The position numbers and the translations under genes were made by a program. The notes under the pieces were generated by a model. The model ran no database searches. It saw only the letters and a list, made by a program, of their open reading frames with translations, and had not been told where the DNA came from. From positions 3,457 to 67,456 of the forward strand of contig JBGAFW010000002.1 of NCBI GenBank assembly GCA_044227045.1: a stretch of DNA of 64,000 nucleotides, read 5' to 3'. The stretch comes from Labilithrix sp. (GTDB taxonomy: Bacteria; Myxococcota_A; Polyangia; Polyangiales; Polyangiaceae). Positions 46,534-56,411 of the stretch are shown one piece after another; positions within the stretch are counted from its first letter, which is position 1, and every line of letters starts with the position of its first letter.

Positions 46534-47978
46534 TCTTCTGCCGCTCCAGCCTCGGCCTCGTCGGCGCCGAGATCGTCTTCCGCGTCATCGCTTGGCTCTT
46601 TGTCGGGCTCCGGGAGGACGCGGATGATCGTGCGTGCGGTGTCGACGAAGTAGCGCCGCGCCGCCGTGCGAAGCTCGCCTGCGGTCACCCGGCGGTAGCG
46701 CTCGAGGCGACGAAACGCCGCGGACGGATCGCCGAGCACGGTGTCGTAGAAGCCGATCTGCTCGGCCTTGCCGCTCGTGGTCTCGAGCGACTGCAGAAGC
46801 CCGAGCTCGAGGCGGGCCTTCGCGCGATCGAGCTCCTCGGGCTCGACGAGCTCATGCCGAACGCGATCGATCTGCGCGTCGAGCGCGAGGAGGACGTCGT
46901 CGGACGAGATGCCAGGTCGCGCGGTGAAATAGAGCTCGTAGAGACCGGGATCGCGGAACGTCGAGACCCAGCCACGCACCTCGGTGCATGCCTCGCGCGT
47001 CGTCACGAGCTCGCGATAGAGGCGCGACGCACGGCCGCCGAACAGGATCTCGTTCAGCACGACGAGCGTGGCGTGATCGGCGTCGCCGAGTGCGGGTCCG
47101 CGGTAACCGATGAGGAGCTTCTCACTCGGGGTCGGCTTCTTGAACGTGAGCTGGCGCGTCTCGCGCTGCGGCGGCTCCGGCTGCGTGTCCTCTTCGGGGA
47201 TCTCCGAGGCGGGGATCGTGCCGTAGGCATCGCGGATGCGCGTCAGCACGTCCTTCTCCACCACGTCGCCGACGACGACCACCGTCGCGTTGTTGGGCGC
47301 GTAGTACGTCTTGTAGAACGAGACGCAGTCGTCGGGCGTGAAGGCCTCGATGTCCGTCATCCAACCGATCGTCGGCCAGTGATACGGATGGCACGTGAAC
47401 GCCGTCTTGTAGAGGATCTCGTTCGCGGTCCCCTCGACGTCGTCGTCCACGCGCATGCGGCGCTCGTTCGCAACGACCTCCTTCTCGCTCGCGACCTGCG
47501 GATCACGAAGGACGAGGCGCGCCATGCGCTCGCTCTCGAGCTTCACCGCGAGCTGGAAGCGATCCTTCGGGAGCGACTCGTAGTAGTAGGTCCAGTCGAG
47601 CCACGTCGCGGCGTTCGACTCCGCGCCGTTCTCTTCGAGCTTGCGATCGAACTCGCCTGCCTTGAGCCGCTCGGTCTCGTTGAACATGAGGTGCTCGAAG
47701 AGGTGCGCGAGGCCTGTCTTTCCAGGCTTTTCGTGGCGCGAGCCGACGCGGAACCACGTGAAGTAGCTGAGGACGGGCGCGCTCTTGTCGACGAGGACGA
47801 GGAGACGAAGGCCATTGCCGAGGCGAAAGTGGAGGACGCGCGGGATGGCCGTTCCGAGGCTCGCGGCACCCGCCGCGTCCCCAAACACCACGCTACCGTC
47901 GAAGGTCCATTTCGCATCCGCGGAGGGTGCGTTCTCGTTGATGCGCTCCACCAGCGCGGCGATCTTCGCGTCCGACAT
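46530..47978 (-). CDS. M16-family zinc peptidase, catalytic subunit
   Basis: The HLFEHLMF...E inverted zincin motif (HxxEH) is present, with signal-less periplasmic-type architecture. Confidence 0.8.
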   Translation of the reverse strand: MSDAKIAALVERINENAPSADAKWTFDGSVVFGDAAGAASLGTAIPRVLHFRLGNGLRLLVLVDKSAPVLSYFTWFRVGSRHEKPGKTGLAHLFEHLMFNETERLKAGEFDRKLEENGAESNAATWLDWTYYYESLPKDRFQLAVKLESERMARLVLRDPQVASEKEVVANERRMRVDDDVEGTANEILYKTAFTCHPYHWPTIGWMTDIEAFTPDDCVSFYKTYYAPNNATVVVVGDVVEKDVLTRIRDAYGTIPASEIPEEDTQPEPPQRETRQLTFKKPTPSEKLLIGYRGPALGDADHATLVVLNEILFGGRASRLYRELVTTREACTEVRGWVSTFRDPGLYELYFTARPGISSDDVLLALDAQIDRVRHELVEPEELDRAKARLELGLLQSLETTSGKAEQIGFYDTVLGDPSAAFRRLERYRRVTAGELRTAARRYFVDTARTIIRVLPEPDKEPSDDAEDDLGADEAEAGAAEE

Positions 47979-47995
47979 CGAAATTGCTTATCGCA

Positions 47996-49825
47996 TCACC
48001 ACTCGTGCATGTCGATGACGTTGAACGTGCCGTTTCGCCAGATCCAGGCGTTCGGTCCGCTCACCGCGACAATCGCCGATTCGCGGTGCGTGTCTTCGCT
48101 CGAGGCGGTCCCGCGGCCGCCGACGCGGACGAGCCGGACGGGGTCGCGCCCGTTTGGGATCGCGTGAAACAAGGGCTCTCCCGGCCCCACCGCGAGCACT
48201 CCGCCGTTGCTCGAGAGGAGGATGCCGCCATCGTATGCGCGGATGCCGGTGAGCGGTCGCGGTGTCCCGGCCTCGGTGAGGTAGGCCTGGTGGTAGGTCA
48301 AGAGCGCGACGGGCCGCGGCGGGCTCGCGCCATCGACCTTCCATACGCCGCCGTCGCGGTCGAGCACGTACGCGGTGTTGCGCCACACATCGAGGTCCGC
48401 GAGCGTCGCGTCGATGACCTGGTTCTCCGTGATGGGCTGCCACTGCACGGAGTCGAAGCGGGCGACCGCGCCGACGCGATCCCCGCAGACGAGCATCCAC
48501 ATCCGAAGCGCATGCGACGTGAGCGCGATGACGGACTCGGTGTCGTCGAGCATCGCGTCGGGTTGAAACGGAACGAACGCACGTCCGTCGAACTCGAGGA
48601 GCGCGCCGGTGCCCCACACGAGCACGCGGTCGTCCGAGCTCGACGCCTTGCGCGCGCCGCCGCCGATGCCGTACCACCACGGGCGCCCGCGCGTGGGACG
48701 TTGAAGTGGATAGCTCTGCGCGGTGCGGCCACCAGTGATGCGGACGGCGTGCGTCGTCGTGAGCCCCCACATCGTGCCGTCGCGGGCGACGAAGAGATCG
48801 TTCAAGGGCTCGTCGACGTTGTGCGAGGTCGTGACGGCGCCATCGACGATGTGGAGGATGATGCTCGGCGCGCGATCGCTCGTCGAGGCGGTTCGGCCGA
48901 GGAGGTAGAAGTCGGCCGCGTCCGATCCGCTCGCCGCGCGCAGCGAGATCTTCGTCGCGGGGAGGATCGCGACGTTGAGCACGCCGCGTTGGATGAGCGG
49001 AGGCTCCCGCGGCGCGCGACGGAGATCGCGCACGTTGTCGGGGTGATTCGGCACCGTGACGACGTCGCTGAAGAAGTTCTCGTCGCGGAACGTTCGGAGC
49101 CAACGGAAGACGTCCTCGGCTTCGAACACGTAGATGCCCGTACGGAGGGATGCCGCGAGGGTGAACTCGTCGACGTTCAACGTGAGCGAAGCCTTGCCGC
49201 TCGAGTCGAACAAGCGGTCGACGTCCGCGCGGATGGTGCGGGCGAGCTCCTTGCCGATGAGCAGGGCGATCGCGTCGGCGTCGCCTGTCTCGAGGCGTCC
49301 GACGACTGGGTACTCGAAGCGGAAGCCGAGCTCGTAGAGGAGACGCTTGAGACGCGGCGGCATCTTCGCCGCGGTCTCGACCGACTCTTCGCGCGCGTCG
49401 GCGATCGAGTCGAGCCACTCCCCGAAGTGCGCCGCGACGGGGCTCGCCGTTCCGTCCCGCCACTCGACGATCGGGAGCTCGCCTTGGTGGCGGATCGAGG
49501 AGACGAGGCGCTTGCCGCCGCCCTTGTCGAAGCAGATGAGATGCTCGAAGCCCTTACAGAAGGGCGCGTACCGCTTGGCCTCCTCACCGCCGAACGTGAC
49601 GATGCGGTCGCCCTCGTTCTCCATCTCGTGGGCGAGGAGGAACGTCTCGGGCTCGCCGATCTTGCTCGCGACGCGCATCGCCGCGACGTAGCTGGGCGGC
49701 AGCTCCGTGCCGAGCCACTGCGCCTGCGCCGCGAGCTCCTTCATCGACAGCGGCTCGCCGAGGCGGTCTTTGTGACCGGATTTGACGAGCACCGTCTTGA
49801 TGCGCTCGAGCGCAGCTAGGGCCAC
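47996..49825 (-). CDS. hypothetical protein with SMI1/KNR4 (SUKH)-like N-domain and C-terminal beta-rich region
   Basis: The composition is not Arg-biased. A SUKH-like segment is present (LSMKELAAQAQWLGTELPPSYVAAMRV...FLLAHEMENEGDRIVTF). The full ORF, ending at 50098, would overlap the divergent gene start, so a GTG at 49825 is proposed as the start. Confidence 0.4.
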   Translation of the reverse strand: MALAALERIKTVLVKSGHKDRLGEPLSMKELAAQAQWLGTELPPSYVAAMRVASKIGEPETFLLAHEMENEGDRIVTFGGEEAKRYAPFCKGFEHLICFDKGGGKRLVSSIRHQGELPIVEWRDGTASPVAAHFGEWLDSIADAREESVETAAKMPPRLKRLLYELGFRFEYPVVGRLETGDADAIALLIGKELARTIRADVDRLFDSSGKASLTLNVDEFTLAASLRTGIYVFEAEDVFRWLRTFRDENFFSDVVTVPNHPDNVRDLRRAPREPPLIQRGVLNVAILPATKISLRAASGSDAADFYLLGRTASTSDRAPSIILHIVDGAVTTSHNVDEPLNDLFVARDGTMWGLTTTHAVRITGGRTAQSYPLQRPTRGRPWWYGIGGGARKASSSDDRVLVWGTGALLEFDGRAFVPFQPDAMLDDTESVIALTSHALRMWMLVCGDRVGAVARFDSVQWQPITENQVIDATLADLDVWRNTAYVLDRDGGVWKVDGASPPRPVALLTYHQAYLTEAGTPRPLTGIRAYDGGILLSSNGGVLAVGPGEPLFHAIPNGRDPVRLVRVGGRGTASSEDTHRESAIVAVSGPNAWIWRNGTFNVIDMHEW

Positions 49826-50083
49826 GCGCGTTGGGTCGACGTTGCTACGCGGCCGAAGGCTGCGCGTGACGCGCTTCTTTGTCAGAGGCGTCTTCCTCAC
49901 GGGATCGCTCGACCCGTGAGGGTACCTGAAGTCGGGGTCCTCGTGCTGAACATCCTGGGATTGACTCGAAATTGTGGCCGTTTTTCGGGTCTCGCCGCCA
50001 CCCGAAACGAAGCCGCGGTCTTTTTCCCGGTCGTCGAAAGAAAAGACGCAACGGGTTCCGGCCCGAGCCGAAGAGGGGGCACC

Positions 50084-51681
50084 ATGCACGACAACCACGC
50101 GTCGAATCGCTCAGCATTCTCCTCTTCTTCTTCTCACGCGCCGGCATCGCGGCGACCTCGCGTCCTCCTCGCCGTCCTCGTCCTCGCGGCAGCGGCAACG
50201 GCATGCGGGGCGTCGGAGACCGAGACCGGCTCGCCGCCGCCGCCGGCCACGCCCGCTCCCGGGAGGCCGAACGATCCGGCCGCGACCCCGCCTGCGCCGC
50301 CGCCCGCGCCGCCGCTCGACGGCACGCCGGTCGCGGACGAGATCAACGAGTCGTTCGGCATCTTCGTCGCGACGAGCGGCTCCGCCTCGGGTGACGGCTC
50401 GCGCAAGGCGCCGCTCTCCACGATCAAGGACGGCCTCGCCCGCGCGAAGGCCGCCGGCAAGCGCCTCTACGTCTGCGAAGGCACCTATGCCGAGACGATC
50501 AAGATCGAGAAGGGCATCGGGATGGTCGGCGGCTTCGACTGCTCGACGGACCCGATGCTGTGGAAGAAGACCCCGAAGAGCTCACGCGTCGACGCGCCTT
50601 CGTCGCCGGCGATCACCGCGACCGACATCGACGTGGCCACGCGCTTCGAAGGCTTCGACGTCTACGCGCCCGACGGCACCGCGGCGAGCCCGAGCTCGAT
50701 CGGCCTCCTCGCGAAGCACGCGCCGTCGCTCACGATCGCCGCGTGCAAGATCACCTCGGGTCGCGGCGCGGACGGCCCCTCTGGCTCCGAAGGCCTTCAG
50801 CTCTCGAGCGGTCCTTCGCTGAACGGCAGCACGGGCCTTGGAGAGGCGACAACCGCGCTCGGTCAATTCAGCCCGCGTTCGGGCGCAGTCGGAGGAGCGG
50901 GGCAATGCCTCGGCGTGGTGGGCTTCGACGGCGGCAACGGAGGCACGGGTGGAAGCGGCGGCGTCTTCTACTGCCACGAGGCGAACTATCCGACGACGAT
51001 CTATCCATACTGGACCAATTTGATGACCGTTCCCACCCCGGGCGTGGTCGCAGGAGGCGGCGCGGCCGGCGCTGCAGGCAAGGACGGCGTGAGCGCAGGC
51101 GCCGGGACCCTCACGGCGGACGGCTTCACGGCTGGCGATGGAGTCGGCGGAACCAACGGAGCGCCGGGTGCCGGTGGCGACGGCGGCGGCGGAGGCACGA
51201 CGATGGGCACGCTGCGTTCGGCGCGACGGGCTCGGGCGGCGGCGCGGGTGGATGTCCCGGCCTCGCGGGCTCGGCAGGCAAGGGCGGAGGCGCGAGCATC
51301 GCGGCGCTCGTCTCGAACAGCGACGGGTTGGTGTTCGCGTCCACGAACCTGAACGCTGGCGTCGGTGGAGCCGGCGGTCGCGGCGCGCTCGGATCGATGC
51401 CTACGGCGGGCGGTCAGCCGGGCACGAAGATCGGCGGCAGCGGCGCGGCGCAACCTGGCGGCGCAGGTGGACGCGCAGGCGTCAGCGGCAGCGGCGCGGG
51501 CGGACCGAGCTACGGCATCGCGTTCAAGGACGCCGCGCCGAAGCTCACCGACGGATCGGTCGCGAAGGCGGGCAAGGGTGGTCCGGGCGTCGCCGCCGAG
51601 TCGGTGACCGATCCGCTCGGCAACACCAAGACGCGCGCCGCTTCGGCGGACGGCGCGACCCAAGACATGCACGACTTCTAA
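50084..51681 (+). pseudogene. Gly-rich secreted lipoprotein (β-helix-like N-domain + GGxGG repeats) with apparent +1/-1 frameshift near 51207
   Basis: A signal peptide with a lipobox (AAATAC) is present. Frame 2 carries a coherent Gly-rich protein up to about 51210 and then degenerates into Arg-rich junk. Frame 1 continues the Gly-rich protein (HAAFGATGSGGGAGG...) to 51681. Confidence 0.55.
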
Positions 51682-52014
51682 CAAATTGACGAGCGGGAGA
51701 AGTCGTGTGGAAGGGGCAGGGCGCATGGTGCGTCTTGCCTCTTCGCTATTTCGTCTCCGCGGCGTGGATCGCGATCGAACCGCTGGCGGGGCGGGCAAGA
51801 GAGGTGCGGGGTCGATGTCGCAAACCCAGGTTCAGCGATAGCGGATCAGGCTGTTTTTACGAGGTGACGTGACGTTTCGAGCGATGGCGTGCGCCTTGCG
51901 AAACGTCCCATCACGCGAGGGCCGGTGAGGACGAAGCAGTCCCGCGGCGCGCGATTCCACAGTCGTCCTCGCCGCCTCGCGCGGCGAGTCATCCACCACG
52001 GAGCTCGTAAAATC

Positions 52015-52548
52015 ATGATGTCCCTCTTCTCCACCCTCTCGTTCTCGTCTTCGACCCGCACGTTCTCGCTCGCGCTCCTCGCCGCGGCGAGCGCTGCGCT
52101 CATCGCATGCAGCGGTGCGCCTTCGCCTGCTCCGTCCGGCGACGAGACCTCGTCGCAAGTCCGCGGCGGCAACAACGGCGGCAACGGCGACGGCAAGGCG
52201 GAGGACAACCTGACCGCCGACGCAGGATCGACCGGTAAGGGATCGAGCAACAGCGGCAGCACCGGCAGCACCGGCAAAGGCGACGCCGACGGCGGCAAGG
52301 CAGGCGGCGGCAAGGGCGATCCTGGACCGGTCGACGCGGACCCGGCCTGCGTCGCGAGCTGCAACACTGGGCTGAAGGCGAAGTGCGACGGCGACGAAAC
52401 GTTCTGCGAGGACGTCTGCGCGTCGATGCCCATCGCGCAGGTGAGCTGCTTGGTCGCGGCCGCGAGCTGCGAGAAGAGCGAATGGATGCGCTGCGCGCAA
52501 GAGAACCCGGGACCCGATCCGGATCCGGGGACGAAGGGCGGAAAGTGA
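52015..52548 (+). CDS. small Cys-rich, Gly/Asp-rich secreted lipoprotein
   Basis: A signal peptide with a lipobox (ALIACSG) is followed by a Gly/Ser/Asp low-complexity region and a C-terminal Cys-rich module (CVASCNTGLKAKCDGDETFCEDVC). Confidence 0.5.
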   Translation: MMSLFSTLSFSSSTRTFSLALLAAASAALIACSGAPSPAPSGDETSSQVRGGNNGGNGDGKAEDNLTADAGSTGKGSSNSGSTGSTGKGDADGGKAGGGKGDPGPVDADPACVASCNTGLKAKCDGDETFCEDVCASMPIAQVSCLVAAASCEKSEWMRCAQENPGPDPDPGTKGGK

Positions 52549-52594
52549 GGCGTCGCTCGAAACCATCCACCCACCACCGACGAAGATCGAACCC

Positions 52595-53908
52595 ATGAGA
52601 ACGCACCTCGCATCCTGCGGATGGCTCCTGCGCGCGAGCGCGATCGCCGCGATCACGGCGAGCGCGCTCGCGTCCACCGGATGCAGCGCCGAGGCCGCGA
52701 CGACAGGCTCGCCGACAGGAGCCCCTGCATCCTCCGATGGACCTTCGAGCAAGACCGGCTCGCCGGGCGCGAAGGCGGGGGAGAGCTCACAGGCGACGGT
52801 CGACCTTGGCCAGGTGACGCCCGGCCAAGAGCTCACGTTCGATGTCCCCGCGGACGCGCTCGGATTCAACGTCACCGTCACCGGGAGCGCCGAGTGGCAC
52901 GTCGGGATCGACGCCCTGACGAGCCCGTCGGGCGCAGAGGTCGTGCGCGGCTACTTCCCCCACGATGGACCGAGCGCGCTGGCGCTCGGGAGCCGAGGGC
53001 TCGGGTCGATCTCCGTGCCGCAGTCGGACGACACGGCGACGAAGCCGCTCGAAACAGGCACGTGGAGGCTCGTCGCCGGCGGCGTCATCGTCGACCCGAC
53101 GCAGCCGGTCGACAAAGGCGCGAAGAGCGTCCCGCCGGGGACCGCGGTGACCGGCGCGCTTCACGTCGTGATCTCGATCCAGCGATCCGGCGACGGTCAG
53201 TTTCACGGCGGCGCGCTCGACATGCACGTGTACGTCCCGAGGGGTCTCCGCGTTCACGATCCGGATCCGGTTCACGCGATCGACGCCGAGCAGGCGAAGA
53301 CGGACGCGTCGCTCGAGAAGCGCATCGGCGTCTTCTACGCCGAGCTCGAGCGCCTCTTCGGGATCGAGCGCGGCCAGGTCTCCTTTCATCCGATCGACGC
53401 GAGCTTCCTCGTCGCGGAGACCGGCGACACGCGCGCGGCGTTGATGGCGCAAGCCAACGTCGCCGCTCCGCAGGCCCTGCACGTCGTGCTCACGAATCGC
53501 CTCGCGTACAGCGACGGCGACGGGCTGCTCGGCTACAGCGTCGGACTGCCCGGCGCGCCGAACACTGTGTCGACGGTTCGGTCGTCGATCGCCGTCGCGC
53601 TCTACGACGAAGAGCCCGCGTCGAACGACGCGGTCACGTTCCTCCACGAGATGGGCCACTTCGTCGGCCTCATGCACACGACCGAAGAAGACGGCACGAC
53701 CGATCTCCTCGCCGACACGCCCGCCTGCTCGCTCTACACCGGCGCTTCGGGGGGCGGCAAAGGCTCGGGCGGAAAAGGAAAGCCGAGCACGTGCGAGGAC
53801 GTCGACAACCTCATGACGCCCGCCGGCCCGCTTCATCGAACGCTCGTGAGCCCTTCGCAGGTTCGTGTCGTCCGCGGCTCACCGATTTACCGCGCCCGTC
53901 GCCCATGA
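52595..53908 (+). CDS. metzincin-type zinc metalloprotease lipoprotein
   Basis: A lipobox (ASTGCS) and the HEMGHFVGLMH (HExxHxxGxxH) motif are present. Confidence 0.7.
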   Translation: MRTHLASCGWLLRASAIAAITASALASTGCSAEAATTGSPTGAPASSDGPSSKTGSPGAKAGESSQATVDLGQVTPGQELTFDVPADALGFNVTVTGSAEWHVGIDALTSPSGAEVVRGYFPHDGPSALALGSRGLGSISVPQSDDTATKPLETGTWRLVAGGVIVDPTQPVDKGAKSVPPGTAVTGALHVVISIQRSGDGQFHGGALDMHVYVPRGLRVHDPDPVHAIDAEQAKTDASLEKRIGVFYAELERLFGIERGQVSFHPIDASFLVAETGDTRAALMAQANVAAPQALHVVLTNRLAYSDGDGLLGYSVGLPGAPNTVSTVRSSIAVALYDEEPASNDAVTFLHEMGHFVGLMHTTEEDGTTDLLADTPACSLYTGASGGGKGSGGKGKPSTCEDVDNLMTPAGPLHRTLVSPSQVRVVRGSPIYRARRP

Positions 53909-53956
53909 AAGCGCCTCGCGCAGCCTCGTTATTCGTCAACTGAAGGAGTCCTAGCC

Positions 53957-54313
53957 ATGAACATCGCCCTCATTCACCGTTCGCTCATCGCTGTCGTGCT
54001 CACCGTCGCTGCAAACGTCACGCTCGTCGCATGCGCGGCCGACGCGACCCCCGAAGAACAAGGAGAGACGTCGTCGGAGCAGAAGAAGGCCGACTCGAAG
54101 TCCTCCTCCTCGAAGGAGTCGACGAAGGACGGCGCGAAAGATCCAAAGAAGAAGGGAGGCGACAAGGCCGGTGACAAGAAGGGCGACGACAAGGCCGGCG
54201 ACAAGAACGGCGGCGACAAGGCCGGCGACAAGAAGGGCGACGACGGCACCTGCGACGACGACGACAAGGACACGAACGACGACCCGAAGGGAAAGGAGAA
54301 GGGGACGAAATGA
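53957..54313 (+). CDS. Lys/Asp-rich repeat lipoprotein (KAGDKKGDD)n
   Basis: A signal peptide with a lipobox (TLVACA) precedes tandem KAGDK(K/N)GDD repeats. Confidence 0.5.
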   Translation: MNIALIHRSLIAVVLTVAANVTLVACAADATPEEQGETSSEQKKADSKSSSSKESTKDGAKDPKKKGGDKAGDKKGDDKAGDKNGGDKAGDKKGDDGTCDDDDKDTNDDPKGKEKGTK

Positions 54314-54350
54314 ACCATCCCCACGCGGCTCGAGTATCATCGACGGGGTG

Positions 54351-54929
54351 ATGTCGTCGCGGCCACGGAAGACCCGTAACGTCATCGTGGCCGCGATCGC
54401 GTTGGGAACCAGCGCCTGGTTCCCAAACCCTCCCACGATCGCGAGCGCGCTCGCCGTCGCCGCTTGTTACGACTGGACCGTCGTCCCGAAGGCAGGCGTC
54501 AAAGAGAAATGCAGGAGCACGGCGGAGTGCGAGACCGGGCTCTTCTGTAGCTTCGCCGACCATCTCTGCGGGAAGAAGTCGGATGGGATCTGCCTCACGC
54601 CGCTCACCGACTGCAAGGTGGCCGAGACGGTGTGCACCTGCAGCGGTACGGTGGCGAAGACGCGCTGCGAGGCCGAGTCGCGCGGCGACGACGTCTCGAT
54701 CGAAGCCTCGTGTGAGCTCGCGAAGACGTACCGATGCGGCTACGAGATGTGCCCGCTCTCCACCTACTGCGTCGAGACCGCGAAAGGCAGCGACGCTGAC
54801 TACCGCTGTGAGGCGCTGTCGTGCGCGACTCCTTCCTGCAAAGAGTGCACGACCGAGTACGGAGCGTTCTGCGCGAAGCCCCAGTGCGAGGCGGTCACCT
54901 CGGGCGGCGTCATCGTTCATTGCCAGTGA
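54351..54929 (+). CDS. Cys-rich secreted protein (22 Cys) carrying in-frame palindromic insert in signal region
   Basis: The N-terminus is hydrophobic, followed by a Cys-rich mature domain. The N-region contains a copy of the 34-bp palindromic element that encodes GTSAWFPNPP. Confidence 0.5.
   Translation: MSSRPRKTRNVIVAAIALGTSAWFPNPPTIASALAVAACYDWTVVPKAGVKEKCRSTAECETGLFCSFADHLCGKKSDGICLTPLTDCKVAETVCTCSGTVAKTRCEAESRGDDVSIEASCELAKTYRCGYEMCPLSTYCVETAKGSDADYRCEALSCATPSCKECTTEYGAFCAKPQCEAVTSGGVIVHCQ
54402..54435 (+). mobile_element. 34-bp palindromic MITE/RPE-like element flanked by 8-bp direct repeat CGATCGCG
   Basis: ttGGGAACCAGCGCCTGGTTCCCaaaccctccca has a 9-bp stem and a 3-nt loop. CGATCGCG lies at 54394-54401 and 54436-54443. 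The core is 30 of 32 identical to the imuB repeats. Confidence 0.55.
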
Positions 54930-54954
54930 GGTATCTTTCGGGACGGAACGCAAC

Positions 54955-56286
54955 ATGACGACGACGAAGCCGCAGAAGGGACGCGCGACGGCCACGCTGA
55001 TGCGGAGCCGCATTTCGACGAAGCCCATCGCGGCGATCGTCAAGGTGACGCGCGCGAAGGCAAAGCCGCCGCTCTTTGCGCTTCGCGAAGGATCGTGCGT
55101 CGTCGGGTCATCGCCGAGCGCCGACATCGTGATCGCGGAGTCCACCGTCTCGCGAAAGCATGTCTCGCTCGAGATTTGCCCGCAGGGAGTGATCGTCACC
55201 GACCTCGGCAGTCGAAACGGGACCTTCTACCTCGGGCATCGGGTGGAGAAGATGACGCTCGCGCTCGGATCCAGCATCCAGATCGGCGGCGCCACGCTCA
55301 CGTTCACCGCCGACACGGACGCGCTCGCTGGGATGGTCCTCGCGGAGGAGTCGTTCCGCGGGATGTGGGGGACGTCGTTCGCGATGCGTCGCGTCTTCGC
55401 GATGCTCGCGCGGCTCGAGGGATCGCTCGTCCCCGTGATGGTGCTCGGCGAGTCGGGCGTGGGCAAGGAGCTCATCGCGCGCGCGATTCACGAAGGGACG
55501 CACGGCTCGAATCCGCAGAAGGAGCTCGTCGCGGTGAACTGCGCGGCCATCCCGCGAGAGCTGATCGCGAGTGAGCTCTTTGGTCACAAGAAAGGCGCGT
55601 TCACCGGCGCGACAGAGTCGCGGCCTGGCGCGTTCGAAGTGGCGCACAACGGGACGCTCTTCCTCGACGAGATCGGCGAGCTCCCGCTCGCGATGCAGCC
55701 GGTGCTCTTGCGGGCGCTCGAGACCGGTGAGATCAAGCCGGTCGGCGAAGACCGCGCGCGCCGTGTGAACGTTCGCCTCGTGTGCGCGACGAACCGTGAT
55801 CTCGGCGCCGAGGTCGCCGCGGGACGCTTCCGCGAAGACCTGTATTTCCGGCTCGCCGTCGTGAAGATCGAGGTGCCGCCGCTCCGCGAGCGCCAAGAAG
55901 ACATCGAGGTCCTCGCGAACGCCTTCGCGCGTCGCGCGGGCGCGGTGGACCTCCCGCCGGAGGTGATCGACGCGCTCCGAGGGCACGATTGGCCGGGCAA
56001 CGTGCGCGAGCTGCAGAACGCCGTGCTCGCGTATCTGGCGATGGGTGAGCTGCCGGAGACGACACCCAACCGATCGCTGCTCGACAGCGCGCTCGCGGAC
56101 CTCGTCGATCTGAAGCGGCCTTACGCGGATCAGAAGGAGGAGATCGCCGAGCGCTTCACCAAGGTGTACCTCCAGACGCTGCTCCTCGAGACCGGGTTCA
56201 ACCAGAGCGCCGCTGCGCGGGTGGCTGGCTTGGATCGAACGCATCTCGGCCGGATGCTCGCGAAACACGGGCTCACGCGCGCGTGA
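54955..56286 (+). CDS. FHA-domain sigma-54-dependent transcriptional activator (bEBP)
   Basis: The architecture is an N-terminal FHA domain ([24 protein letters not shown]...GSRNGTFY), an AAA+ sigma54-activation domain ([26 protein letters not shown]) and a C-terminal HTH. Confidence 0.9.
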   Translation: MTTTKPQKGRATATLMRSRISTKPIAAIVKVTRAKAKPPLFALREGSCVVGSSPSADIVIAESTVSRKHVSLEICPQGVIVTDLGSRNGTFYLGHRVEKMTLALGSSIQIGGATLTFTADTDALAGMVLAEESFRGMWGTSFAMRRVFAMLARLEGSLVPVMVLGESGVGKELIARAIHEGTHGSNPQKELVAVNCAAIPRELIASELFGHKKGAFTGATESRPGAFEVAHNGTLFLDEIGELPLAMQPVLLRALETGEIKPVGEDRARRVNVRLVCATNRDLGAEVAAGRFREDLYFRLAVVKIEVPPLRERQEDIEVLANAFARRAGAVDLPPEVIDALRGHDWPGNVRELQNAVLAYLAMGELPETTPNRSLLDSALADLVDLKRPYADQKEEIAERFTKVYLQTLLLETGFNQSAAARVAGLDRTHLGRMLAKHGLTRA

Positions 56287-56411
56287 GCGGACAGGCCACC
56301 GGATGCCCCGCGGTGCCCCGCGGTTTGATCGTCACGAAGCCGAGTTGAGCTACCATTCCATCCAGTCGAGATCGAATGCCTGCACATGGGTCGCGGCCCT
56401 CGCGCTTAGGG

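Noticed and set aside
50560-51190. Upstream part of the frame-1 ORF (MEEDPEEL…RRRRRRH).
   Set aside because: It is an Arg-rich shadow of the real frame-2 N-terminal half. Only the portion after about 51207 is genuine coding.
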